Below, in pieces: positions 51,811-64,000 of a stretch of 64,000 bases of DNA. The notes under the pieces are model-generated. The model made no database searches, was not told where the DNA came from, and saw only the letters and a program-made list of their open reading frames with translations. How positions within the stretch are numbered: the stretch's first letter is position 1; each line of letters starts with the position of its first letter. The DNA comes from Octopus sinensis (taxonomy: Eukaryota). The translations under genes and the position numbers were made by a program. The DNA is taken from the NCBI RefSeq assembly GCF_006345805.1, contig NC_042997.1, positions 52,824,001-52,888,000 of the forward strand, given 5' to 3'.

Positions 51811-52522
51811 TCTCTTTCAAGTTCATGCTGATCCTACACGTCTAAGTTCGTATGAGAGGTCAACAGTTAGCTACCGACCCGCATGATGTTATTCATTCAT
51901 TTTTTAATACTTGGCTGATATATTTATTTATGCTATATATATATATACATTCGAATACACACACAAATACGTGTGTGTGTGCGTGTGTATGCACTTGGTG
52001 CCTCACCGGTTATCTTACCACCGGGACATTGAGTAAGTCCTTTATAGCCTAAAAAGCCTTCTCTAACTACCTTGAAATGTTTCCCCTCCAATCTCTTTCA
52101 CCTTCAGTTCTTCAAAATTAAACTTTGCTTTATTACAAACGATAGCATTACTCAATGAATTTCTTTGTTGTTTGTTTGCAAGTCTACCACCTGCAATGAT
52201 AATACCTTCCATTTGATTCACTTATTTAATACCAGAATAACTCAGTTGCGTAACACAGTCTGATAGCTTGCTGCATTGAATATTTAACATCGTTGAACAA
52301 TCGAGGCAGTTTATTCTGACTGGCTGGAATTGCACCGGTAAGATATGAGCGATTTGGACAAATGGCAAATAGCACCATTATTGCCAATCAGCGCAATCAA
52401 ACCGGTGTAAAACCAGGAAAGACTGTGAGAGTGTGTGTATATACACATTAATTTTTTTTTAACAAGTATTGTATCGACAGTGACCCCGAAGTTTCGGCTG
52501 GCTAAACCATCGTCGGATAGTC

Positions 52523-52822
52523 TGTGGAGGCACATAGCCTAGTGGTTTGAGCAGCGGACTCGCGGTCGAGGGATCGCAGGTTCGAATCTCAGACCGGACG
52601 ATGTGTGTATTCATGACCAAAACATTTAAAGTCCACGCGGCTGCGGCAGAAGGTAATGGCGAACTTCTGTTGACTCTTTCGCCACAACTTTCACTCTTTC
52701 CTCCTGCATCATGCAGCTCACTTGCGACAGACCGGCGTCCCGTCCAGGTGGGGAACCTATACGCCAAGGAAACCGGGAAACCGGCCCTTATGAACCAGGC
52801 GTGGCTCGAGAAGGAACAAACA
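52523..52822 (+). mobile_element. tRNA-SINE (V-domain-like body) with 10-bp TSD
   Basis: A-box tagcctagtgg, B-box ggttcgaatct, cttgcgacagaccggcgtcccgtccagg; TSD tcggatagtc at 52513-52522 and 52823-52832. Confidence 0.85.
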
Positions 52823-52825
52823 TCG

Positions 52826-52872
52826 GATAGTCAGATGATGACTTAGCAGGCCGAAACTTCGAGGTCACTGTC
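52826..52872 (+). ncRNA. Decayed type-I hammerhead
   Basis: GAUAGU-CAGAUGA-U-GAC(UUAGCAG)GCC-GAAAC-UUCGAG-GUC^ACUGUC. 6-bp stem I and self-complementary stem III; U4 has become A and stem II has one mismatch. Confidence 0.55.
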
Positions 52873-53009
52873 AATATTATTCATGTTACAATAATTTGTA
52901 CTCTGCAAAAGTATTGAATAATCTTTCAGTTTCATGAAAATCTTCTTTTATTCTAACTCGATATAAAAACAAACCTTAATATATATTAAATTTTGGTACA
53001 AGGACAGCT

Positions 53010-53160
53010 GTTTCAGTGGGAGGGGAAAATCGATTGCACCGACCACAGTGGTATTCTATTTATCGATCCTGAAAGATTGATAGGCAAAGTCAGCCTCGGG
53101 AGAATTTGAACTCAGAGAGTAAAGAAGGGAACAAATGTTGCTAAATATTTTGTCGGACGC
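53010..53160 (-). mobile_element. Family B SINE (diverged)
   Basis: tttatcgatcctgaaag...ggcaaagtcagcctcggg.gaatttgaactcaga. Confidence 0.6.
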
Positions 53161-53184
53161 GTTATGGTATGTACGTGTGTTTGA

Positions 53185-53231
<47 letters not shown>

Positions 53232-53299
53232 ATAATATATATATGTATGTATGTATATATATATATATATATATATTATGTATGTATGTATGTATATAT

Positions 53300-53330
<31 letters not shown>

Positions 53331-53399
53331 ATATAATATATTGTATGTATGTATATATATATATATAGTATGTATGTATATATATATATGTATATGTAT

Positions 53400-53430
<31 letters not shown>

Positions 53431-53641
53431 ATATTATATATATATGTAGTATGTATATATATATATAATATATATATGTATGTATGTATATATATATATA
53501 TATATATGTTGTATGTATATATATATGTATGTATGTATATATATATGTATGTATGTATATATTATATATTATATATTATATATATATAACATATATATAT
53601 ATATACATATATATACATATATATATATCCACATACACGCG

Positions 53642-53672
<31 letters not shown>

Positions 53673-53690
53673 GTACGCACACAATATGTT
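53185..53690. repeat. Long compound (TA)n/(TATG)n/(CA)n microsatellite
   Basis: Direct. Confidence 0.95.
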
Positions 53691-54302
53691 TAGAACGTAC
53701 ATAAAGGTTTGAAACGACTCCATCACTCTCCACTACATTCAGTAATGGACCGACTGCGGTACTTGTAGATATAAATATATGTTTCTATTATAATTAATTA
53801 TTAAAGGGTAATCAGCTTGATCAGCTAATAGTTCACCATTATAAAGGATGTCTAGTTTGTGACTCAAAAATTTAAGTTGTTCTCTCTATATTGTTGTATT
53901 ACAACAACTGGCTTCTTTTACTTTGAGCATTTTATATTTTACAGCTACAGTCTGGGCGTGTGATGAATAATGACTCACCCATGCAGCGTACTTTGTTTTA
54001 AATGTAATATATATAATAGTTCCAATTTCGAAGGGGAATCCTCTGCAAGTAGTTTTAGATGCTTTAAGTAGCAGTCAAATATCTTTCAAATCATACCCTG
54101 TTACTTTATATAAGAAAGTAAAAACCAAAACCAAAGCCAAAAACAAGATGCTTACGGCTGGAATGTCTTTGGCCATAAGTCTGCTCGATCGGGGCTGACA
54201 TGGGACTAAACAGCATCTATACTAACAAGAAATGCCAGCAAAATCTTCCTCAAATCCCATCTTACCGTCTTATATAAGGACAGTACACAGAAAAGTAATC
54301 TT

Positions 54303-54515
54303 TAGCACGCCGGACGAAATGCTTAGCAGTATTTCGTCTGCCGCTACGTTCTGAGTTCAAATTTCGCCGAGGTCGACTTTGCATTTCACCCTTTTGGGGA
54401 TCGATAAATTAAGTACCAGTTATGCACTGGGGTCGATGTAATCAACTTAATCCCTTTGTCTGTCTTTGCTTGTCCCCTCTGTGTGTAGCCCCTTGTGGGC
54501 AGTAAAGAAATAAGA
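54303..54515 (+). mobile_element. Family B SINE with Tx1-type tail
   Basis: ttagcacgccggacgaaatg...gagttcaaatttcgccgaggtcgac...tgtcccctctgtgtgtagccccttgtgggcagtaaagaaata. Confidence 0.85.
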
Positions 54516-56704
54516 AAAGTAATCTATCATGTCCTTGAAATAGACCAAGTCGGCATAGTTTTGGGTTGACACCATCTCCACCACCAACAGCAACAACTTC
54601 CTGAAACGTTTCGATTCCTCTCCTCATTTCATGCGATGTTACAACAGTTATAAGTATCAAAGCACTTTGTTTAAAAAAAAATCGAATTGGCTTTTCGAAA
54701 CCGCATCTTCTATACCCATGGCAGTTGTAAATAAAAGCATGTAATGTATAAAGTTAAATAACCTTTAGATAGAAAAAAAAAAAAAAGGAACGAAAAACAC
54801 TTGCCAGACCCGAACTCGTATCGGCTGTATCCGTGACAAACATACTTACCACAACATTAAAGCAACCTGCGACCTCTCTTCCACTTCATTAAAAGCTTTG
54901 CTCTTACGAGCGAGAAAGTAAGTCGATTTACATTGTGAAAATGCCGACGCTTCGAAAAGATGTGAAATAAGTCAATAGGAGGATGAACCTCCAAGTGAAT
55001 ACACTAACAAGTAATAGCATGTAATATATTGGTGGCAAAAAGGTTGAAGTCTTTTTTTTTTCTTCTTTTTTTTCATCTAAGGGTTTTTATTTACTCAATA
55101 TATTACATGCTATTATTCATAGTTGTATCCACTCCGAGGCTCGCCGCTCTTACAATGATTTATTAAACAAGCGACTGTTCTGACCTCTTACCACACTTTG
55201 TCTTCAACGAATCCTTGGTGAATGACCTTTCTACTACATACAGATAAACATGTTCATACATACACACAAAGTCCGATATATTTTCTACTCTAACTCCTTA
55301 GTTGATTTTATAAAATTGAACTTTGACTTTTTTTAAACTAAATTTCGTTAATGCAGTGACCAAAATACAATTAGAATACTGTCGCTATAATGGTTATTGC
55401 TTTATTGCGCCTGTTCACATCCTAGTATTGCAAAGCCATCTGTCATCTGAAACTATATTTACGATAAGAAAAAAAGTTTGCATTTTAGTTTATCTGTTTC
55501 TGATGAAATCCCACGGTTATTTAGCAATTGCGTTTTTACCACGGTCTTTACGTATTTGAGATTGTATTTGCCAGCGAGTGTGAGAATTTTATATCGGCCA
55601 TCACAAAACACCACTAAAATCTTGTAACGATTTAATTGTGAATAATGCTAACTCTACAAACTATCTCCCTCCCTCTCTCTTTCTATCTCCCTACCTCCTT
55701 CCTTCTTTCTCTCTCTCTCGCTCTCGCTCTCTCACTCTCTTTCTAACGTTCCATCTCTATATTCCTTGTTTAAATCTCTCTCGTTATGTATCACGAAGTA
55801 AAGCTGCAAACCACTCTTAAAATAATCTTATTTTCACAAATACATTAATATGAGTCTGATAATTATGCTTGCCATTTACTATATTATATGTAATAACTGA
55901 ACTGCATAAAAGAGAAACAACTGCCAAAATGTGGTGGACACAACTTACAGAAAACTTTGGTAAAAAGTTATTCATGATGATGTGTCTATTAACAGCATTA
56001 ATAAATAGTTATGGATAATACAAGAGATATTAGCATAAAATCATGCGTGTGTTGCTTTCGTATGTCTGTCACAAAACTGTCATGCAATCAAAATATTCAT
56101 AACCGACTGCGAAATTAAATTACGAACAATAGTTTGTTTTCAATTTAATATAACTGAATTAAGTGTTTTACAAGCCAAATCTAAATTTTCATAATTGGAC
56201 AATAATGATATTTTGTGAAGGTCCACAACATCAGCAACTTAGTACTTGCTTTTACCTTAGATTTTGCTTTGTTTTTATTATTTTACTTTATATTATTTTG
56301 AATAGTGCCACGAGCGCCGTAGAGATAGCAGTAAAATACCTAGTCGAAACGGTAATGGAGTTTTAATCTCGGCTAACGACGTTTTACTAGCTTTCATTTA
56401 TGATTTCATTTCATTAAATTTACCTTTAACTGGAATATTGGAATGATGAGACATCTTTAAAAGCATTGTTCCTTAATTCTTTCAGTTTCACTTATTCAGC
56501 AGATTTCATCATTTAATTCACACTAATCCTCCATCGAAATCTTGCCTCTCGTTTAATAATTACCTACCACTTTATGAAACTGGAAATGTCTACCGCTTTA
56601 TACAAGACACTCTAGAATATTAGTTACAACCTCATCGACAGCTTACTCATTCGGTTATTTGTAACATCAAAAGTCCTCCAGTACGATACTACGTTTTAAT
56701 ATTT

Positions 56705-57100
56705 ACAGCGGCGAGCTGGCAGAATCGTTAGCACGCCGGACAAAATGCTTTGCGGCATTTCGTCCGTCTTTACGTTCTTAGTTCAAATTCTGCCAAGGTT
56801 GACTTTACCTTTCAACCTTTTGGGGTCGATAAAATAAGTACCAGTTGAACACTGGGGTCGATGCAGTCGACTTATTCCTTCCCCGAAATTACTAGCCTTG
56901 TGCCAAAATTTGAAACTAATATTTACAGCGGCGAGCTGACAGAATCATTAGGATACCGGACTAAATGCATAGCGGCACCTCGCCCGCCTTTACGCTCTGA
57001 CTTCAATTCTGCCGAAGTCGAATTTGCCGTTCTTAGTTTCTGGGCCGATGAAATAAGTACCGAAATTGCTGGCTTTGTGTTAAAATTTGAAATCAATATC
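56705..57100 (+). mobile_element. Head-to-tail pair of family B SINEs (non-Tx1 tail)
   Basis: taatatttacagcggcgagctg at 56698 and 56917; tail ccccgaaatt..gccttgtgccaaaatttgaaac. Confidence 0.85.
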
Positions 57101-57505
57101 TAAAGTCCCAGTTATGACATTAACAACATTAATTATTCCAAGTGTGATTCAGTAAGTAACAATTTAGTACTTGTCATTATAATATAATTTTCTGTATTCC
57201 TCGCCAATCTCCACCCCCGCCCCCACACTAGCACTAGATGTGTTGTAAATAACTTTAAAATCAATGTTTAAATCAGGAAAGTTTCGACTGTTTCTTTCTG
57301 TATATAAAAGAAATTAGCATTGCTATCATGCTTCTGCAAAATCTATATGCATCAAAATAGTTTCTCATTGTAAATAAATTTCACATGCTTACATATATAC
57401 ATACATGTATATGTATATATATGTGTGTGTGTGTGTGTGTACGCATTTTATATGCTTACATACATACATGTATATATGTGCATATATATTTAAGTATGTA
57501 TATAT

Positions 57506-57589
<84 letters not shown>

Positions 57590-57599
57590 ACACATATAA

Positions 57600-57985
57600 T
57601 CGTGGTACTCCGTCGGTTACGATGACGAGGGTTCCAGTTGGTCCGGACAACGGAACAGCCTGCTCGGGAAATTAACGTGCAAATGGTTGAGCACTCCACA
57701 GACACGTTAACGTAGTTCTCGTAGTTCTCATGAAGATTCAGCGTGACACAGAGTGTAAAAAAGCTGGCCCCTTGAAATACAGGTACAACAGAAGCAAGAA
57801 GAAAGAGTGAGAGAAAGTTGTGATGAAAGAGTACGGCAGGGCTCGTCAATCCCCCCACCCTGCCGGAGCCTCGTGGAGCTTTGGATTTTCCTCTCAATAA
57901 ACACTTACAACGCCCGGTCTAGGAGTCGAAACCGTGATACTACAACCGCAAGCCCACTGCCCTAACAACTGGGCCACTGCGCCTA
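57600..57985 (-). mobile_element. Full-length tRNA-SINE family C
   Basis: Reverse-complement homologue of 16161-16545. Confidence 0.85.
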
Positions 57986-58004
57986 AATATGTATATATAT
58001 ACTC

Positions 58005-58112
58005 TCTTCTTTCAGGGGAACCGCTCACAGCATCTAACAATATCAGAGACTTGGGTATAATTGTAGATAACAATCTCAGTTAGAGTGCCCACATCAACAA
58101 TAAGGTCGATAT
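58005..58112 (+). pseudogene. CR1-like RT C-terminal fragment
   Basis: IRDLGIIVDNNLS*SAHINN (cf. RDLG...D..L.W..HI). Confidence 0.5.
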
Positions 58113-58652
58113 AGCTCGTTGCTTGTGTCCATGAGTTGAGCGGTGACGAGCAAGCAAGCCAGAGGCTCGTTGATTTTTGTTGTTGTCACTTAAAGCATGC
58201 GGAACTCATGCTCCATACTTCTGAACTTTTCTCATCGAGTGAAGATGCTTCTCTAAGGCAGTGTGGGAGCATTCCATTTTATCTGCCAGTTCCCTTGTCA
58301 TTTGACGAGAATTTTCGTGCAAAAGTTGGTTTAATCGCTCTTCATCGAACTCAACTGGACGGTCAGAACGAGGTGCGTCTTTGAGGTCAAAATATCCATT
58401 TTTGAACTTAGCATACCAATCACGAGCTGTTCTTTCAGCTATGACACCCTCTCCATACGCAGCACAAATGTCGTGAGCAGCTTTTGCGGCCTTAGAACCT
58501 TGATTAAAAGTAAAAAGAAGGAGGTGTCGAAAATGCTCGTTTTTCTTAACGTGACATTCCATTTTAATGATCTGAAAATAAACAAAAATTAACTAGAAAA
58601 AAAAAAGATTCCAAAATTTAAAAAAACCGCGGTAACTTAGTTGCCAACCCAA
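58112..58652 (-). mobile_element. Mariner 5' half (mellifera-like TIR), truncated
   Basis: TA|TTGGGTTGGCAACTAAGT TIR; MECHVKKNEHFRHLLLF...PRSDRPVEFDEERL...YGA*VPHAL. Confidence 0.9.
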
Positions 58653-58725
58653 TATATACATATATATATAAATATATATGTATGTATGTATGTATATATA
58701 TATATACACATATATGTGTATATAC

Positions 58726-58756
<31 letters not shown>

Positions 58757-58921
58757 TAGACACATATATATATACATATATATAAATTCATATCTATATG
58801 TATATATATATACATATATATGTGCATTATATATATTATAGTATGATATATATACATATATATGTATATACGTATATATATATATATGTATATACGTATA
58901 TATTATATATGTATATATATA

Positions 58922-58964
<43 letters not shown>

Positions 58965-59153
58965 GTGTGTGTGTATATGTATGTATGTATATAGCATATG
59001 TATGTATATATATGTGATATATGTGTATGTGTGTATATATGTGTAGGTGTATATATTATGTATATTATCTATATGTATATATATATATATGTGTGTATTA
59101 TATATGTATGTATGTATATATATATGTATATATAGGTATATATTATATATATA

Positions 59154-59200
<47 letters not shown>
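58653..59200. repeat. (TA)n-rich compound microsatellite
   Basis: Direct. Confidence 0.95.
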
Positions 59201-59202
<2 letters not shown>

Positions 59203-59868
59203 ATGTTGTTTAAATTTAATTAATTAATACTTCGACAGCGTAAATTGTAGAACTTCTATCGTAATTTTCTAAATCAAAAAATTACTGATTTCTGGACGAA
59301 GTAATCAGCTCACGAACAATAATACTTAACACAGAGAAGTAATTAACCAACATGTATTTAAAATGAAGCAACTTCATAAACTTTTATGTGTTATTATTTT
59401 AGCAAATCCTGTTACATTTTATTGATTTCTTGAACAATAAATTTTTGAAAACAGAATCAAAGTCATTTTACTAATTTTGGTTTGAGATCAATGATATTCT
59501 GTGAAATTGAGGAACATCAACAAAACTGCAAACAATTTTTACATTTAATTTGTATCATTACACACCAATATTTGTATCGAGCATAGCCAATAAGGTTATT
59601 TGCAATCAAGTAAACAAAAAACTGTGCTGTGAATTCTAACATAATGTTGGAAAATTTATGTGACGAGTGGGTATTTCATCCAGAATAACTGAACAAACAA
59701 GGCAGATTTTCTAATTAAGAGATGATGATATGATTTCTCAGATCACAAAGAGATAAAATTGTTGACCATGCTACTTAATTAAATTTCTTTACATATTGAA
59801 AATTGGAAAGCGTGCGCCTTTCAATACATACATACATACATACATACATACATACATACATACATACA

Positions 59869-59899
<31 letters not shown>

Positions 59900-60489
59900 G
59901 TACGTACGTGTGTGTATGTGTGCGCTGAAGGCTAATTCAGGATGGGGCTCCGTCGGTTTCGACGATGAGTATTCTATTCTTCGATTAAATGAATTACCAG
60001 CTTACCGAATTTGCAGCATGCCACAGACATGTGTATCCTTGACGCAGTACTCGGTGGAATTAGCGTGGTAGAGTGTGTGACAAGGGTATAACTATCAATG
60101 ACAAGATGAATCCATCTGACATGCTACGCAGTGAAACCATGTGTGCGAGTGTGTTTGTGCGTGTATTTGAATTTACAAGAAAATAATCGAGAGAGATCTA
60201 GAGTGTCTATGTTTATTGTAATGCTGAGAATAATTTCTGTTGCAAGTCAAAATTTTGCACGTATCACTGATCAGGTAACTAATTTCTGAAATGAAAAATT
60301 ATATTTATGTATTTATAATAAGGATAGAATGTATGAGCTGCCATTGAAATGGAAAAATGATAACGAAAAGATTGTGTGTGTGTGTGTGTGTATTTAGTTT
60401 ATGCGTATGCGCGTACATTTATATATATATTTATAAACATATGTGTGTGTGTGTGTGTACACACACACACACACACATATATATATATG

Positions 60490-61530
60490 CGAGAGGTTAC
60501 CCAAAAGTAACCGGAAATGTTCTTTGTGAGTCAAGCCCGTTCTAGTTCAGGCTTCCATCGCTGGTAGCCATTTGATGCGACTTTGGATGATGTACAGTCA
60601 CGTGGTGTGTTTTTATTTTGCTTCTCCCCTGTTCGTCGATTATTGCGAAACGTAGGAACAGCGGGCCTCTGTGAAATTCTGTTTTCTGCTAAGGAAAACG
60701 ACGGCTGAAACAGTTCTCATGCTTCAAACAGCTTACAAGGGCGCTGCCATGAGCAAAACAAGTTTAAGAGTGGTTTTCCCACTCTAAGAGTGGAGACTTG
60801 CTTGAAGACCAACCTCGTTCAGGGCGACCGGCGACCTCTCGAGCGATTAAAAACATCATGAAAATTCATGAACTCTTCTTGGAGGGCCGCTCCGAACAAT
60901 TGACAAAGTTGTTGATATGACTGGTGTTCTGGAGCTCCTGCCAACGAATTTTGAGCGAGGAATTGCGAATAAAAAGAGCTACAGCAAAATTTGTATCGCG
61001 TTTGCTCACGGAAGATCAAAAGCAGTGACGCCTGAGTGCGTGTCTTGAACTGAAAGAACAGTTCAAAGTTGATCCGAACCTTTCTTCGAAGATCATCACT
61101 GTTGACGAAAGCTGGCGCTACGGCTACGACTCGAAAACAAAGCAGCAATCAAGTCAATGGAAGCATTCAATGTCACCACGCACCCACCCCCAAAGTGCGT
61201 CAAGTGAAGTCCAATGTGAAGACGATGATGATTTGTTTTATCGACGCGAAAGGAATTGTCTACGCAGTATTTGTTCCTCCTGGTCAAACTGGCAACCAGA
61301 CTTTTTACTTGGCAGTTCTGAAGCGTTTGCGAGTGGTAGTTTCATCACGACAATGCACCTGCGCGTACCACCTTGAGTGTGAGACAGTTTTTGACCCAAA
61401 CTGGCATGACTCCGTTTACCTGCGTTCCTTATTTATCTGATCTTGCTTCCTGTAACTTTTTACTGTTCCCCCGAATGAAAAAGTTCTTTCAGGAAAACGT
61501 TTTGCAAATGTGGAAGAGGGGAAGGAAAAA
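60490..61530 (+). mobile_element. Mariner (irritans-like) relic, decayed and internally deleted
   Basis: TIR cgagaggttacccaaaagtaaccggaa; PRSGRP, KFVSRLL, ITVDESW, KTMMICFIDAKGIVY..FVPPGQT, HDNAPA, PYLSDLASCNFLLFPRMK. Confidence 0.87.
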
Positions 61531-61864
61531 AAAAAACGGAGCGATCATTTTCCTACTCGCTTCACCATTAGTATTTATGTTTTCGTCATCGAAATAATTG
61601 GATGATTTAGCGATTCGCTAATGTGTATATATAAAATTGATATAAACAGCAGTTTGCGATGTTTCAGCAAAGAGGTGGCTTAACCGTTGAGGCGACGGAA
61701 ATTGCCAAAACTGACGCGTCGATATTAAGCATTCTCGATCGGCATTTTTGGGACGATTGTGGTCCCTGTTAGTGTATATAATTTGTGCAATGTGGATGTT
61801 TTCTAACACCCTAGTCGCATTTAGTCACATTTGTAATTCTCCTTTTTGGTGAAACATTGCAAAC

Positions 61865-61990
61865 TTCTCTTCACACACACACACCACACACACACACACA
61901 CACATACATATATATACATACATACATACATACACACATGCATGCATACATACATACATACATACATACATACATACATGCATGCATACA

Positions 61991-62072
<82 letters not shown>

Positions 62073-62075
62073 CAT
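61865..62075. repeat. (CA)n/(CATA)n/(TA)n microsatellite
   Basis: Direct. Confidence 0.95.
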
Positions 62076-62429
62076 CTAATATAGGATAAAAATTTTTCGA
62101 AAAAAATTCTATCAATGGCCAGCGTATTAAAAATACCTTTGAAGGTTAAATTTATAAACAACTTAAACAAGGACAACTTATAGTGATAAATTATATGGTT
62201 ATTGACTTATTGACGATTTGTCTATTTTCGGCATATTTGTCATTAGAATATTTTTTTGCCCTTGTTTATACGTTGTGTATATATATATATATATATATAT
62301 ACACACAGCCTAAATATATGTGTGTGTTCACATATGTGTGTTTGTGTGTGTGTGTTGATCCTTTGGATAACGTTCGTTCTCTGTCGCCTGGGCTATGGCA
62401 CCAGATTATGGACTCGACAAAGCGTCGAA

Positions 62430-63158
62430 CAAACACCGGAACCCGAAGTAGCACAATATATTTCCACCTAACTTTGGAATCGAAAATTATGCCAAAGCCA
62501 GAATCGAATGCCACTATATCGTACAAAAGCTCCCGCCCTCTCGGTTTTGATTCAAGAGCCCACATATTTTTAGTATCTTGCCAAGTAACCTCGGGGATCT
62601 ACGGGGTGTAGATCTAGGTGTGTAGATCTAGGTGTGTAGATCTAGGTGTGTTCAAAGAAGATTGACTCGATGCAAAAATTGGGTTACTAGGAGAGGCTAA
62701 ATAAACTGAGTCTCTATTCCCTGGAGAGAAGACGAGAGAGATATTCAGTGATATATATTTGGAAGATCTTCGAAGGTTTAGCTCCCAATTTTGGAATTGA
62801 CAGCTATACCAATCCTCGACGGCACTGCATCATACCAAAGATTCCGTCTCCCCCATCTAAAATAAGGACATAGTGCTGCAAAAGTTTGGGTTTCAAGGGC
62901 CCGCAATTGTTCAACATTCTTCCTGGCAACCTTAGAGATCTACATGGTGTTAATGTGGAAGTTTTCAAGGAACGTCTGGATAGGTTTCTATCTGAGATAC
63001 CAGATGAACCCACTTCGCGGGTGGAGACGCAAAGAAGAGCAGCTCCATCCAACTCGCTACTTCACCAAAAACAATATCGGAAACAACACCGAGTAACTAC
63101 AGGTGGGGCACCAGCATGACCTCAGCCCTGAGCTGAAACCAGTAAAAGATAAAAGATA
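62430..63158 (+). mobile_element. CR1-like LINE 3' end (62650-63158) preceded by an older related fragment (62430-62605)
   Basis: ERLNKLSLYSLERRRERY..IYIWKI; LGFKGPQLFNILP.NLRDL..VFKERLDRFL..IPDEP; stop at GGAPA*, then tail (taaaaga)n. Confidence 0.85.
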
Positions 63159-63421
63159 ACAGATACATATTTATGTACACATACACTCACTCACACGCAC
63201 GCACACTCACACACACACACACACACACAAATACACGTATGTATGTATGTATGTATGGATGGATGGATGGATGGATGGATGGATGGATGGATGGATGGAT
63301 CATTCAATCTAACCACACACACACACCAGTTTTTCCATTTCGGTGAACTTCCTAAAGATGTGTTAAGAATACTGTTTCTTCTCCAGCGATACATGTCAAA
63401 CACGGTGTAATTTCAGCGGTG

Positions 63422-63424
<3 letters not shown>

Positions 63425-63481
<57 letters not shown>

Positions 63482-63678
63482 GATATAGATATAATATATA
63501 TATATATATATATAGATAAATATATATAGATAGATATATTAGATATATATAGATAAATATATATATATAGATATATAGATATATAGATATATATAGATAT
63601 ATATATATATATATTATATATATATACATACATACATACATATATATATACAAACATACATACATATATATATAATAT

Positions 63679-63725
<47 letters not shown>

Positions 63726-63790
63726 TACATACATCCTACATACATACATACATACATACATACTACATCATACATACCTACATATGTGTG
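63425..63790. repeat. (TA)n/(TAGA)/(CATA) compound microsatellite
   Basis: Direct. Confidence 0.95.
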
Positions 63791-63805
63791 TATGTGTTTG
63801 TATAA

Positions 63806-64000
63806 GTGGCTTAGTAGTTAGGGCATTCGGTTCAGGATCATGAAGTAGTGAGTTAGATTCCTGTCGGTGCGTTCTGTCCTTGAGCAAGACACTTTATTTC
63901 ACGTGCTCTAGTTCAGTCAGCTGGTAAAAATGAGTAGGACGTGTAATTCAAAAGGTCCGCCTTGTCACCTTGTGTGTCGCACTGAATCTCCCTCAAAACT
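63806..64000 (+). mobile_element. CORE-type tRNA-SINE, runs off the window edge
   Basis: gtggcttagtagttaggg head; tgtccttgagcaagacactttatttcac. Confidence 0.6.

Larger units (their letters stand above)
52476..52872. repeat. Head-to-head hammerhead-like inverted repeat split at its apex by a SINE
   Basis: gacagtgaccccgaagtttcggctggctaaaccatcgtc (52476-) mirrors gatgatgacttagcaggccgaaacttcgaggtcactgtc (-52872). Confidence 0.85.

Noticed and set aside
55012-55115. 20-bp perfect inverted repeat
   Set aside because: Probably a tiny decayed mariner-type MITE in AT-rich sequence; no ribozyme or other motif.

Overview
Eukaryotic, AT-rich, microsatellite-saturated non-coding DNA. The SINE/LINE/mariner repertoire and the 5S-derived sequence point to a coleoid cephalopod, most likely Octopus (inference, not database-checked). 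I found no host protein-coding gene I can support; almost all short ORFs in the track are microsatellite or repeat artefacts. Recognisable content: a 5'-truncated L1/Tx1-clade LINE (19181-22933, minus; APE, RT with YADD, zf-RVT; 17-bp TSD), a second internally deleted L1/Tx1 relative (49.4-51.8 kb), CR1-like, RTE-like and Penelope (GIY-YIG) fragments, a Tc1 and four mariner relics, a Helitron, several MITEs, at least four tRNA-SINE families and a 5S-derived SINE. The most interesting unexplained structure is a set of head-to-head palindromes (1.3, 32.7, 44.5, 48.4 and 52.5 kb), each centred on or just upstream of a type-I hammerhead-ribozyme-like motif, including a variant with a compensatory G3-C8 core swap. 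A second theme is SINE-LINE 3'-tail sharing, including a SINE subfamily that carries the Tx1 3' end and repeatedly joins other SINE copies at the same nucleotide.
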